A stretch of 64,000 nucleotides of DNA, taken from NCBI GenBank assembly GCA_947649935.1, contig CANSTR010000002.1:2075-66074 (forward strand). Reading direction: 5' to 3'. Numbering within the stretch: position 1 is the first letter of the stretch; every line of letters starts with the position of its first letter. The stretch is from an uncultured Clostridia bacterium. Lineage in GTDB: Bacteria > Bacillota > Clostridia > TANB77 > CAG-508. The position numbers and the translations under genes are program-made. Under the pieces are notes generated by a model. That model was not told the origin of the DNA, searched no databases, and saw only the letters and a program-made list of their open reading frames with translations. This document shows positions 52,644-62,765 of the stretch, piece after piece.

Positions 52644-53807
52644 TTGAGGAAGGTTGTTGCCATGTGGGGAGATATAGCAATCGCTTTTATGATAGCATTT
52701 ATGACATCTTTTATGATGACGCCACAAACGATTCGTTTGGCGAAAAGGTTAGGAGCAGTGGATTATCCGGAAGATGAAAGACGTGTTAACAAAATTACAA
52801 TGCCAAGGCTTGGCGGTTTAGCGGTAATTTGCGGATTTATTATATCGATTGTATATTTATTGATTGTCATGACAATTGAGGGAAATATCGATTTGTCGCA
52901 AGAACATTACCATACAAAACTGCTGGGTTTTGCGATTGGTGGCTTGATTATAGGTGTTGTGTGTTTTTATGATGATGTAAAAGGAACTAAAGCTATTGTA
53001 AAATTGCTGGCGCAAATAATTGCGGCTATTGTTGTGGTAAAGTCCGGCATTATCATTGATTCCATTGATATTCCGTTCATTAAAATTGATAGTGAAAGTG
53101 AGTTTTTTTACCAGCTTTTGACAGTTGCCTGGATTATTGGCATTACGAATGCACTGAATTTGATTGATGGATTAGATGGACTATCAACTGGAATTTCTAT
53201 TATTTCGTGCGTGTCACTTTTGATGATTTTTTCATTAAATGGTTCGCCCATTATTTCGATTATTTTAATTACAGCATTGTGTGGTTCGTTAGTTGGTTTT
53301 TTGCCCTATAATTTCAATCCAGCGAAAACGTTTATTGGTGATACGGGTTCCAATTTTTTGGGGTATTGTTTGTCGATTATTTCCATTTTGGGAATTGCGA
53401 AAACGTATACTGCGATTGTGATTGTGGCACCTTTGATTGTGCTTGCATTGCCTTTGTTTGACACGGTTTTTGCGATTTTTAGAAGGTTAATTCATGGAAA
53501 ATCGCTCAAAGCAATTATTGAGCCAGATGCAGGACATTTGCATCATAAAATGTTGCAAAAAGGATTTACGCAAAAGCAGGCAGTTTTGATTTTATATGGC
53601 TTGAGCGCGACGTTTGGGATGTTTGCTATTATTTTGATGGAAAGTGGCATTTGGAAGGCGTTGTCGTTTGCGTTGATTATTATTGTGATTATTGCCATGG
53701 GATATAAGGAATTTTTTAAGCAACGTTTGTTGGGGGATAATGAAGAATTAGAAGAACAACAAATTGATGGTCAAATTGAGATAGAAGAAAAAAATCAGGG
53801 AACCTGA
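52644..53807 (+). CDS. MraY/WecA/TagO-family UndP GlcNAc-1-phosphate transferase
   Basis: MPRLGG, YDD, NALNLIDGLDGL, FIGDTGS, DAGHLHH. Confidence 0.9.
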   Translation: MRKVVAMWGDIAIAFMIAFMTSFMMTPQTIRLAKRLGAVDYPEDERRVNKITMPRLGGLAVICGFIISIVYLLIVMTIEGNIDLSQEHYHTKLLGFAIGGLIIGVVCFYDDVKGTKAIVKLLAQIIAAIVVVKSGIIIDSIDIPFIKIDSESEFFYQLLTVAWIIGITNALNLIDGLDGLSTGISIISCVSLLMIFSLNGSPIISIILITALCGSLVGFLPYNFNPAKTFIGDTGSNFLGYCLSIISILGIAKTYTAIVIVAPLIVLALPLFDTVFAIFRRLIHGKSLKAIIEPDAGHLHHKMLQKGFTQKQAVLILYGLSATFGMFAIILMESGIWKALSFALIIIVIIAMGYKEFFKQRLLGDNEELEEQQIDGQIEIEEKNQGT

Positions 53808-53824
53808 GTGACTTTGGAGGAAAC

Positions 53825-54610
53825 ATGTATAAAGCGGTTTTTATTGATATTGACAAAACTTTGTTAAATAGCCAAGGAAAAGTGTCAGAGGAAACGAAGC
53901 AAGCAATTGAAAAAGCGAAGGCGCAGGGCGTTGGAATTTTTCTGATTTCTGGTAGGTCGCGTGCAGCAAGCCAAACGTTTCAAGAACTTTCGAGTCGCTA
54001 TATCATCAATAGTAATGGTGCTGATATTTATGATTGCAAGCAAAAAACGTTTCTTTATCAGTCTGTGATTGAGCCAGAACTTTGCAAAAAGTTGTATGAT
54101 GTGGCACAGAGGGAAAATGTTGTCATAAAGTTTGATTTCGGACCTTCCAGAGCAGTGAATGATCCTGCCTATTTGGAATATTACGAAATTGAGTTGAACG
54201 AAATTGGTGAATTTTTGGCGCAGCATCCAGTCATTCAGATTGGAATGTGTTGTGAAGATAGGCAGAAGATTGAGAAAGTAAAAGATTATGTGAAACAGCA
54301 GACTTCGATTAAGGTCGTGAACCAGTTCATTTGGGAGGTAAATGGAAAAGTGATGCAAGCGATTCATATTACGAATCCCAATGTTTCGAAGGGAAATGCG
54401 ATGTCGAATTTGTGCGAGCATTTGAAGATTAATTTGAAAGAAACCGTCGCGATTGGCGACAAAATCAATGATATTTCGATGCTTGAAAAAGCGGGACTTA
54501 GTGTTGCCATGGAAAATGCAACAGAAAATGTAAAACAAGCAGCGGATTTTATTACAACTTCCAATGATGATGAGGGGGTTGCGAAAGTGTTAAAGAAATT
54601 TTTATTTTAA
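53825..54610 (+). CDS. Cof-type HAD phosphatase
   Basis: FIDIDKTLL, SGRS, SKGNA, AIGDKINDISML. Confidence 0.9.
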   Translation: MYKAVFIDIDKTLLNSQGKVSEETKQAIEKAKAQGVGIFLISGRSRAASQTFQELSSRYIINSNGADIYDCKQKTFLYQSVIEPELCKKLYDVAQRENVVIKFDFGPSRAVNDPAYLEYYEIELNEIGEFLAQHPVIQIGMCCEDRQKIEKVKDYVKQQTSIKVVNQFIWEVNGKVMQAIHITNPNVSKGNAMSNLCEHLKINLKETVAIGDKINDISMLEKAGLSVAMENATENVKQAADFITTSNDDEGVAKVLKKFLF

Positions 54611-54661
54611 AAATGTCATAAAAATAACTCCTTTCCATATAATTTAAGGGAGTTATTTTTT

Positions 54662-55876
54662 ATGGTTAGATTAGCAGTGATTAATTTGAAAACGTTGTTG
54701 AAAAGTCTTATGAGAGTGATTGTGATAGTGCTTGTTTTGGCGATGGTTGTGAAGTTTTCCAAGTTGACTTATCAAGGGGCAAAGAATTTTGATTTGGGAA
54801 GTGTAAGCCTCAAAAATAGTTTGGAAATGATGAAGGATAATGTGAGAATTTCGGCGTGTTTTGAGAAGGAACAAAAGGAAAAAAGAAACGATTTGAAAAA
54901 AATATTGGTGGCGGAATTGGCAGTATTTTCAGGAGCAGAAGAGGAAATTATGGAGAAAGAAAATCAGGAGGAAGTGCTGGAGTTTGAAAATGGCGAAAAT
55001 CGCGTCGAGGAAAATCAAGAGATAAAAGACGAGCCAGCTGTGCAAGTGCCAGAAACACAAGAAAATCAAATTCCGCAAAGTAATGAAAATAGCACGCAGA
55101 CAAATGCTCCTGTAACAACGACTGTGATTCAAGCAAATAATAAAAAAGATATTTTCACAGATACCTACCAAACCGTGCAAATTAAGAATGAGTCGAAATA
55201 TGCTTTGACAGAGGCGATGGTGACACCAGATGTGAGTTATCAGGATAAAAAGGATATTTTGATTTACCATACGCATACTTGTGAAAGCTACACGCAAACA
55301 GAAAATGAACGTTATTTGTCAACCGGAAATTTTAGAACAACAGATTTGAATCATTCGGTTGCAAGAGTTGGAACGGAACTTGCGAATTGTTTGGCAGGCA
55401 AAGGTTACACGGCGATTCATGATACGACGTATCACGATTATCCAGCTTACACGGGTTCGTATACAAGGTCGTTATCGACTGTGAAAAATTTGTTGAATAC
55501 CTATCAATCAGTGGATTGCGTGTTTGATGTGCATCGTGATGCGTTGGGAAGTAATAGTAATTATGCACCTTGCGTGCAAATTGGTGAGGAGCAAGTAGCG
55601 CAATTGATGTTTGTAATTGGGACGGATGGCGGAGGATTGGACCATCCAAATTGGAATGCAAATTTGAAATTGGCGGTTAAAGTCCAGCAAAAAGCAAATG
55701 AAATGTATCCAGGCTTGTTTAAGCCGATTATTTTGAGAAATTCGAGATACAATCAACATGTGACAAAAGGTGCTGCCATTATTGAAGTGGGAGCGACGGG
55801 AAATACGCTAGAACAGTGCACAGGAAGCATGAAGTATTTGGCAGAGGTAATGGACGCTGTGATGAAAGAAAATTAA
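54662..55876 (+). CDS. spoIIP: Stage II sporulation protein P
   Basis: IYHTHTCESY, DVHRDA, RYNQHV, IEVGATGNT. Confidence 0.9.
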   Translation: MVRLAVINLKTLLKSLMRVIVIVLVLAMVVKFSKLTYQGAKNFDLGSVSLKNSLEMMKDNVRISACFEKEQKEKRNDLKKILVAELAVFSGAEEEIMEKENQEEVLEFENGENRVEENQEIKDEPAVQVPETQENQIPQSNENSTQTNAPVTTTVIQANNKKDIFTDTYQTVQIKNESKYALTEAMVTPDVSYQDKKDILIYHTHTCESYTQTENERYLSTGNFRTTDLNHSVARVGTELANCLAGKGYTAIHDTTYHDYPAYTGSYTRSLSTVKNLLNTYQSVDCVFDVHRDALGSNSNYAPCVQIGEEQVAQLMFVIGTDGGGLDHPNWNANLKLAVKVQQKANEMYPGLFKPIILRNSRYNQHVTKGAAIIEVGATGNTLEQCTGSMKYLAEVMDAVMKEN

Positions 55877-55950
55877 AAAAATTAAATGAGAGAATTTGAA
55901 AAAAAGTCTTGTAAAAACCTTCAAAAAATGATAGGATAAAATATATATTT

Positions 55951-56541
55951 TTGAATGGGAGTAAAGAGCAAATGATAAAAAACGAAAAAGGTGTTACCTT
56001 GATTCTATTGGTGGTAACCATTCTGCTATTGCTAATTTTAGCAGGTGTGGGAGTGACAGCTGGTATTGGAAATCTCGATTTTGTGACAGATAATCAATTG
56101 GAAACAGAGTTAGGAATTGTTAGGCAGGCTGTGACGGAACAATATGGAAAAGCGGTAGCAGTTGGAAAAACGCAAGTGAATGCAAGTGACGCTAATGTTG
56201 CTTTTTGGCTAGGTGAGAGGATTACAGACTTTTCGAATATCCAGTTGCCAGATGAAAATACGGTTACGAAAACAGCGCAGACAGAAGCCTTTTATGAAAT
56301 GAAAAGTCACTATGAACCGGTGTATCAAGAAGATTTTTATTATCGATTGACGAAAGAAGAGTTGAGTAAAATGGGGATTGGTCATGCGAAGGCAACGTAT
56401 GTGGTGAATTACAGCACAGGCGAAGTTTACAATGAAACGCAAAAGGTAAATGGTAAATCGAATTTATTATATTTGCCAGGAGCGAGCCAAGAAAAAGAGC
56501 CTGAGGAAGAGGATCATACCTTTGATGATTGGAATAAATAA
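55951..56541 (+). CDS. Type IV pilin-like protein
   Basis: EKG|VTLILLVVTILLLLILAGV class III signal-like N-terminus; YVVNYSTGEV. Confidence 0.65.
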   Translation: MNGSKEQMIKNEKGVTLILLVVTILLLLILAGVGVTAGIGNLDFVTDNQLETELGIVRQAVTEQYGKAVAVGKTQVNASDANVAFWLGERITDFSNIQLPDENTVTKTAQTEAFYEMKSHYEPVYQEDFYYRLTKEELSKMGIGHAKATYVVNYSTGEVYNETQKVNGKSNLLYLPGASQEKEPEEEDHTFDDWNK

Positions 56542-56562
56542 AGTGTATAGGGGTTTTGCTAT

Positions 56563-57477
56563 ATGAAAAACATCATTGAAAAATTGGAAAACACGATTGA
56601 TAAAAAGGACATTTTGGTGAATGAGCCGATGAAAAAACATACGTCTTTTCGAATTGGCGGATGTGCGGATTATTTCGTAAATGTTAGAAGTGCAGAGCAG
56701 TTGAAACATCTTTTGCAACTGGCAAAAGCGGAAGAAATTCCGTTTCAGATGATTGGAAATGGAACGAATTTGTTGGTTCGCGAAGGCGGAATTCGTGGAA
56801 TTGTTGCCAAATTGGGATTGCAGGATGATACGATTGAGAGGCAAGAACAAGAGGTTTTGGTGACTTGTGGATGTGGCATGTCGCTTGGCAAGTTGGCATT
56901 AATTGCGTTGGAAAATGGTTTAACTGGCTTGGAGGCAATGGCTGGAATTCCCGGAACCGTCGGTGGTGCTGTTCGCATGAATGCTGGCGCGTATGGCAGT
57001 GAAATGAAAGATGTGGTGGTGTGTTCCAAAGCAATGAATCAAAGGGGAGAGATTCAAGAATTTGATTTGACTGCGCATGAATTTGCTTATCGTAAAAGTG
57101 CTTTTGAAACAAATGAATGGATTTTGTTGGAAACGACGATTCGATTGAAGCCTGGTGAGAAATGTGAAATCGAGGAGAAAATGCAAGAATATAAGAAATG
57201 CAGATTGGAAAAGCAACCTTTGGAATTTCCGAATGCAGGCAGTATTTTTAAAAGAAATGATGGGATGCCTGTGGCAAAGTTGATTGATGAATGTGGCTTG
57301 AAAGGCTATGCGATAGGGGATGCAGAGGTATCAAGCAAGCATTCAGGTTTTATTATCAATCGAGGAAATGCGACAGCGAAGGATGTGATTGCATTGATTG
57401 AGCATATGAAAAAAGAAGTTAAGAAAAAATTTGATGTGGATATGAAATTAGAAATTATAGTAATAGGGGAAGAATAG
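56563..57477 (+). CDS. murB: UDP-N-acetylenolpyruvoylglucosamine reductase
   Basis: HTSFRIGG, GNGTNLL, GIPGTVGGAVRMNAGAYG, PNAGSIFK, SKHSGFIIN. Confidence 0.95.
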   Translation: MKNIIEKLENTIDKKDILVNEPMKKHTSFRIGGCADYFVNVRSAEQLKHLLQLAKAEEIPFQMIGNGTNLLVREGGIRGIVAKLGLQDDTIERQEQEVLVTCGCGMSLGKLALIALENGLTGLEAMAGIPGTVGGAVRMNAGAYGSEMKDVVVCSKAMNQRGEIQEFDLTAHEFAYRKSAFETNEWILLETTIRLKPGEKCEIEEKMQEYKKCRLEKQPLEFPNAGSIFKRNDGMPVAKLIDECGLKGYAIGDAEVSSKHSGFIINRGNATAKDVIALIEHMKKEVKKKFDVDMKLEIIVIGEE

Positions 57478-57490
57478 GAAGGTGTAGAGA

Positions 57491-59206
57491 ATGAAAGCTT
57501 TTTTAGAATGGTTTAAATCAAGTGCCAAAGTGAAACGATGGATGTTTTTGATTATTGTGGGCATTGCGCTTGTTTGCTATGGTTTTACGAAGGTTTTGGT
57601 GACGCAAGAAATGAGTTTTCAGGAGCTTGGGAAAATCATCGCGATTTTTGTGGTAGGATTTGTTTTTGTTGTAATTGGTATTATTTTTATCCAGAAAAGA
57701 AATTTGGAAATTTTGATTGAGGCAAATGATACGGAATCGCTAAAGAGCAAAAAAGCGAAAGTTAATATCAAGTCTTTGATTTTCAATCGAAAAGTGTATG
57801 ATGATGGACCTAAAATTGTTGTGATTGGTGGCGGAGAAGGCTTGAATATTGTCGTGGAAGGCTTGAAAAAATATACCAACAATATTACCGCGATTGTCAC
57901 AATGTCGGATTATGGAGAAGTTCCGACAGAATCCAGAAAAGCTTTGGATTCTTTGCCTTTGGAGGACATCAAGGGAAGCATTGTGGCGATGTCAGAAAAA
58001 CAAGAACTGATGGCGGATTTAATGAATTTGAATTTTAAAAATGAAAGATTGCGTGGATTAAATTTTGGAGATATTTATTTGACAGCGATGAATGAATTGT
58101 ATAGCAATATTTCAGCTGCGATTCAAAAAAGTACGGAAGTGTTGAATGTAAATGGACGAGTTCTGCCTGTCACGCTAGATGAAATCAGTATTTGTGCGGA
58201 ATTAACAGATGGAACAGTGATTGACCGCAAGAATAAAATTCCAGAGATTGTGTCCCAAAAAGTGGAAGTGATTGACCGAATTTTTATCAATCCATCCAAC
58301 TGCAAACCGGCGCCAGGCGTTGTGGAGGCGATTCAAGAAGCTGAGGCAATTATCATTGGACCAGGTAGTTTGTATACGAATGTGTTGCCGAATTTGTTGG
58401 TGAAAAAAGTTTCGAAAGCAATCAAAGAAAGTAAGGCAATTAAGGTATACATATCGAATATTATGACAGAATTTGGTCAGACTGACGATTATTCTTTGGC
58501 ACAACATATTGAGGCAATTCAGGAGCATGTGGGAAAAGGTGTTTTTGATTATTGTTTGGTCGATACGGGAGAAGTGGTTCCAGAGTATGTTAGAAGATAT
58601 AATAAAGAAGGTAGTGAGTTGGTAGAGCCAGATATTACCAAGGCGGCGACTTTGGGAGTCAAGATGATTCAAAAAGATATGTCGTGCATTAAGGATGACA
58701 AAATTAGACATAATTCAGCTATTATTGCATCAACCATTATTGAGTTAATTTGCAATGAATTAAAATTCAAAGATGAACAAAATGGAACTGAATTTTTATT
58801 GTTGAATTCGATTTTAAAAGAAGAGAAAAAAGAGATCAAGAAAACCAATAAAAATGAGAAAAGACGCAAGGAAATTGTCAAAGAGGCAACGAAAAATGTG
58901 AAAAATAAAAAGCCTAATAGAAAAAGTAAATTTAGTCAAAAATATAAAGAAAGAGTGGAATCGATTCAAAATACAGATGCTAAAATTAAGGAGAATCGAG
59001 CGATTGCAAAGGAAATTGAAAGATTAGAAAAAGCAAATAAAAAGAAGGAAATGAAGAAAAAAGAAGAGGATAAAGAAAGTAAGCAGGAAAAAAAGTCAAA
59101 ACAACCAAAAACAAAAGATTCGCAAACAAAGGAAGAACCAAAAACCAAAAAGAAAACAACAAGAATCAAAAAGGCAGTAGAAGAGAAACCTAAGAAAAAA
59201 GAGTAA
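57491..59206 (+). CDS. YvcK/GlmR (CofD-like) protein with N-terminal TMs and a long Lys/Glu-rich tail
   Basis: GPKIVVIGGG.G, IVTMSDYG, IGPGSLYTNVLPNL. Confidence 0.85.
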   Translation: MKAFLEWFKSSAKVKRWMFLIIVGIALVCYGFTKVLVTQEMSFQELGKIIAIFVVGFVFVVIGIIFIQKRNLEILIEANDTESLKSKKAKVNIKSLIFNRKVYDDGPKIVVIGGGEGLNIVVEGLKKYTNNITAIVTMSDYGEVPTESRKALDSLPLEDIKGSIVAMSEKQELMADLMNLNFKNERLRGLNFGDIYLTAMNELYSNISAAIQKSTEVLNVNGRVLPVTLDEISICAELTDGTVIDRKNKIPEIVSQKVEVIDRIFINPSNCKPAPGVVEAIQEAEAIIIGPGSLYTNVLPNLLVKKVSKAIKESKAIKVYISNIMTEFGQTDDYSLAQHIEAIQEHVGKGVFDYCLVDTGEVVPEYVRRYNKEGSELVEPDITKAATLGVKMIQKDMSCIKDDKIRHNSAIIASTIIELICNELKFKDEQNGTEFLLLNSILKEEKKEIKKTNKNEKRRKEIVKEATKNVKNKKPNRKSKFSQKYKERVESIQNTDAKIKENRAIAKEIERLEKANKKKEMKKKEEDKESKQEKKSKQPKTKDSQTKEEPKTKKKTTRIKKAVEEKPKKKE

Positions 59207-59221
59207 TAGGAGATTGTACAA

Positions 59222-61267
59222 ATGAAATTAATGAAAAAACAGTTGGAACCGAAAAAGGCGCTTCAGGAAGAATGGCTAATTACCAATGGAATTGGTGGTT
59301 TTGCATCAAGCACAGTGTTGGGGGCAAATACGCGAAGGTATCATGGATTGTTGGTAGCGCCATTAAAACCACCTGCTAGGAGATATTTGATTTTGTCTAA
59401 ATTGGATGAAAGTTTGGAAATAAATGGCGAGAAATATAATTTGTATACCAATCTGTGTGGTAATTATATGGCAAATGGCTACCAATATTTGGAAAGTTTT
59501 GAGAAAAATCCGTTGCCTGAGTTTACGTTTCAAGTGGCGAATGTGAAGGTACAAAAAAAGTTGTCGTTTGTGTATGGGAAAAATACAATCGTGGTGAAGT
59601 ATACAATTAAAAACAATCAGGCGCAAGATGTTAAAATGACAATTGCGCCAATTATGAATTTTCGCGATTTTCATCATATGACGACTTCGCGTTATTTCGA
59701 AGTTGAGCAAAAAATAGAAGATACTAAGGTGATAGTTAAAATTGACCACAATCAGCCAATTTACATGAATTGTAGTGATGGAAATTATATCGAACATCAG
59801 AACGATATTTTTAAAAATATGTATTATTTAAAAGAAGAAGAACGAGGTTTTTATCCAGAAGAGGATTTGTGCGTTCCAGGGAGATACGAAATTTTTGTGG
59901 CTCCGAAGGAGAAGAAAGAGGTCACAGTGGTGGTTTCTCTGGAGGACGATATTCAAAATATAGATGCAGAGGAAGTTTTTGAAAAGGAAACGCATCGTTT
60001 AGAACAAATTGTCAAACAGACAAAACTATTATCGACAAAAAAGGAGTTGACCAAAAAACAAAAAGATAGGAATGAATTTTTGAAAGATTTAATTTTGGCA
60101 ACAGCCAATTTTGTTGTGTTTCGTCCGGAAATTGGATTGCATTCCATTTTGGCTGGTTTTCCGTGGTTTTTGGACTGGGGCAGAGATACAGCGATTAGCT
60201 TTGAAGGGTTGTTGCTCATTACAAAGCGCTATGATTTGGCGAGGGAAATTCTGCTGATGCTGACCAAAGATATTCAATGTGGTTTGGTTCCCAATGGCTA
60301 TTCGGAAAGCGATAATACGCCACTTTACAATAGTGCAGATAGCTCACTTTTGCTGTTTGAGCAAGTGAATCATTTTTTGAAATATACGAAGGATTATGAT
60401 TTTGTCAAAGAGAATTTGTATGAAAAATTGAAAGATATTGTTGAACATTACAAAAATGGAATTGATTTGGATGGCAATAATATTTATTTGGATGAAGATG
60501 GACTTTTGGTTTCTGGCACGCCAAACATACAAAATACTTGGATGGACGCGAAAATTGGTGATTTTGTGGTGACGCCGAGAAATGGAAAAGTCGTGGAATT
60601 GAATAGTTTATGGTATAATGCGTTAAAAACATTGGAGCATTTGGCGAAGAAGTTTGGTGAAAAAGAGTTGGTAGAAGACTACAAAAAGCAGGCAAAGGAA
60701 CATCAAAAAGTGTTTGAAGAAAAGTTTTATGATGCTCAGAAAAAGTCATTGCAAGATGTTTTGGGAGATAACAAAGTGCGACCAAATCAGTTGTTTAGCA
60801 TTGCGACGACATATCCTGTGATTAATCCAGCGTCCTATACGGGAAAAACAATTTTTGCGACGGTTAAGAAAAAGTTGCTGACCAAATATGGACTTCGCAC
60901 ATTGGCGCCAGATGAAGAAGGTTATATTGCGGAATATTCGGGTGATTGCGTGAAACGTGACAAAAGCTATCATCAGGGTGTTAGCTGGGTATGGCTTTTG
61001 GGGCTATATGCAGACAGTTTGGAAAATATCATCAATAGCGAAAAAGACAGAATTGAAAAAGAGAAATATATGATTGAGAAAGAAAAATTTGTGGAAAAAA
61101 TTGTGGCTACTTTTCAAAAAGAATTGTATGCAAAAGAAGGTCTGGGGAGCATTTCGGAATTGTATGATTCGAATGCAAATGCAAAGCCAGGTGGCACCAT
61201 GGCGCAAGCATGGAGCGTATCTGAAATATTAAAAATAGTGACAAGAATGGATGCGGAATGGAGTTAA
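59222..61267 (+). CDS. Glycogen debranching enzyme (amylo-alpha-1,6-glucosidase)
   Basis: EWLITNGIGGFAS, AGFPWFLDWGRDT, TWMDAK, YHQG..W.WL, QAWSVSE. Confidence 0.92.
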   Translation: MKLMKKQLEPKKALQEEWLITNGIGGFASSTVLGANTRRYHGLLVAPLKPPARRYLILSKLDESLEINGEKYNLYTNLCGNYMANGYQYLESFEKNPLPEFTFQVANVKVQKKLSFVYGKNTIVVKYTIKNNQAQDVKMTIAPIMNFRDFHHMTTSRYFEVEQKIEDTKVIVKIDHNQPIYMNCSDGNYIEHQNDIFKNMYYLKEEERGFYPEEDLCVPGRYEIFVAPKEKKEVTVVVSLEDDIQNIDAEEVFEKETHRLEQIVKQTKLLSTKKELTKKQKDRNEFLKDLILATANFVVFRPEIGLHSILAGFPWFLDWGRDTAISFEGLLLITKRYDLAREILLMLTKDIQCGLVPNGYSESDNTPLYNSADSSLLLFEQVNHFLKYTKDYDFVKENLYEKLKDIVEHYKNGIDLDGNNIYLDEDGLLVSGTPNIQNTWMDAKIGDFVVTPRNGKVVELNSLWYNALKTLEHLAKKFGEKELVEDYKKQAKEHQKVFEEKFYDAQKKSLQDVLGDNKVRPNQLFSIATTYPVINPASYTGKTIFATVKKKLLTKYGLRTLAPDEEGYIAEYSGDCVKRDKSYHQGVSWVWLLGLYADSLENIINSEKDRIEKEKYMIEKEKFVEKIVATFQKELYAKEGLGSISELYDSNANAKPGGTMAQAWSVSEILKIVTRMDAEWS

Positions 61268-61860
61268 AAAATTTAAGAACGAAATATTTAGGAAGAAAAT
61301 TACTTTATTTTGAAACAATCGATTCAACTCAGAAAAAAATCAAATCACTAGAAGAACCACGAAATGGAACGATTGTTATTGCTGATGAGCAAGTTGCAGG
61401 AATTGGGACGCATGAGCGAAAATGGTTTACTGGCGTGGGCAAAAATATTGCGATGTCTTTTGTGTTATTGCCAAATTGTAATATGGAAGCAATTCAAAAT
61501 TTGACGATTTGCATTGCAGAATGCATGATAGAAACTTTGGATTTTTTGTATCAAATAAAATTGGAACGAAAAGAACCAAATGATATTTATTATCATGGCA
61601 AAAAAGTTGGCGGAATTTTGACGGAAAGTACTTGCAAAGGAGAATGCGTGCAGAAAATTTATGTGGGAATTGGTTTAAATGTAAATCAGGAGGAATTTGC
61701 GGAAGATTTGAGCGAGATTGCAACTTCGCTTAAAATTGAATTTGGGAGAACTTTTCAAAGAGAAGAAATCGTGGCTGAATTTTTGAATCGATTTGAGATA
61801 AAATTTGAAAAAATGATTGGTTTTGGAGAGAAAAATGGGAATTTCGATAGAGGAATATAA
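61258..61860 (+). CDS. birA: Biotin--protein ligase (no HTH)
   Basis: IDSTQ, ADEQVAGIG, KEPNDI, KKVGGIL, GIGLNV. Confidence 0.85.
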   Translation: MELKNLRTKYLGRKLLYFETIDSTQKKIKSLEEPRNGTIVIADEQVAGIGTHERKWFTGVGKNIAMSFVLLPNCNMEAIQNLTICIAECMIETLDFLYQIKLERKEPNDIYYHGKKVGGILTESTCKGECVQKIYVGIGLNVNQEEFAEDLSEIATSLKIEFGRTFQREEIVAEFLNRFEIKFEKMIGFGEKNGNFDRGI

Positions 61861-62407
61861 AAGTATTGTACTAAAGGAAAATGGTGGAAAAATAAAAAAT
61901 CCACAAAGACAACTGCAAGGAAAAATAAATCATACATTTGGGCAAAATTTTGAAACGCAAATAGAATCGATTTGCGAAGTTTACAAAATGGAAAAATTGG
62001 CCATTATTGAAAAAACGCCAGAACCAATGAAAATTTTAAAGCATATTGAAAATGGACATTTTGAAACGATTTTTACAAAGTCGGCACAGCCAGATTTTAA
62101 AGGAATTGTCAAAGGCGGAAGAACGGTTGTATTTGATGCCAAGTTTACAGAAAAAGATAGAATTACGTATCAAGCTTTAAGTGATTTTCAACGTGAGGCG
62201 TTGCTTTCTTATAGTAAATTGGGAGCGATTTCGTTTGTGCTGGTTGGCTTTATGGATGGGCGCATGTATACGGTGCCGATTGATGAATGGTCTATGATGA
62301 AGGAACGTTTTGGGAGAAAGTATATCAAGCAAGAGGAACTGCAAGAAATGAATTTCCAAGTGAAAAAAAGTAAAAATGGTGTGATTGATTTTTTAGAGAT
62401 GTTATAA
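61835..62407 (+). CDS. recU: RecU-like Holliday junction resolvase
   Basis: GQNFE..I, IEKTPEP, PDFKG, VFDAK. Confidence 0.7.
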   Translation: MGISIEEYKSIVLKENGGKIKNPQRQLQGKINHTFGQNFETQIESICEVYKMEKLAIIEKTPEPMKILKHIENGHFETIFTKSAQPDFKGIVKGGRTVVFDAKFTEKDRITYQALSDFQREALLSYSKLGAISFVLVGFMDGRMYTVPIDEWSMMKERFGRKYIKQEELQEMNFQVKKSKNGVIDFLEML

Positions 62408-62765
62408 AAAACACGAAATTTACATAAATTTGCAAAAAACTATTGCTTTTTGTTAAAAAAGGTGGTAAAATAAATATAAAGTAAGATATAATTCGTGAAT
62501 TATGTCAGTTTTTGAAGATTGATACACAAAGGGAAAAAATTATAAAGTACAGGAGAATGAAATGAGAAAATTATTGATAAGATTAATTCAAGGAAAAATT
62601 TTTATTCGAAATATAAAATCAACTTTTAAACAAGGAAAAATAGGTATTTCTTTTTGTAGAAAGGATGTGTTAATATCACCGAGTGGGCGATTCCTGCGAT
62701 GGTGACTTGTTTTGGTATGATTTGAATTTTTAGAATAGAAAAATAATTAAAAAATAGTAAGGGAG

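Noticed and set aside
53885-54538. Long antisense ORFs (this one and others such as 58202-58711, 44383-44793)
   Set aside because: Shadows of well-supported genes on the opposite strand.
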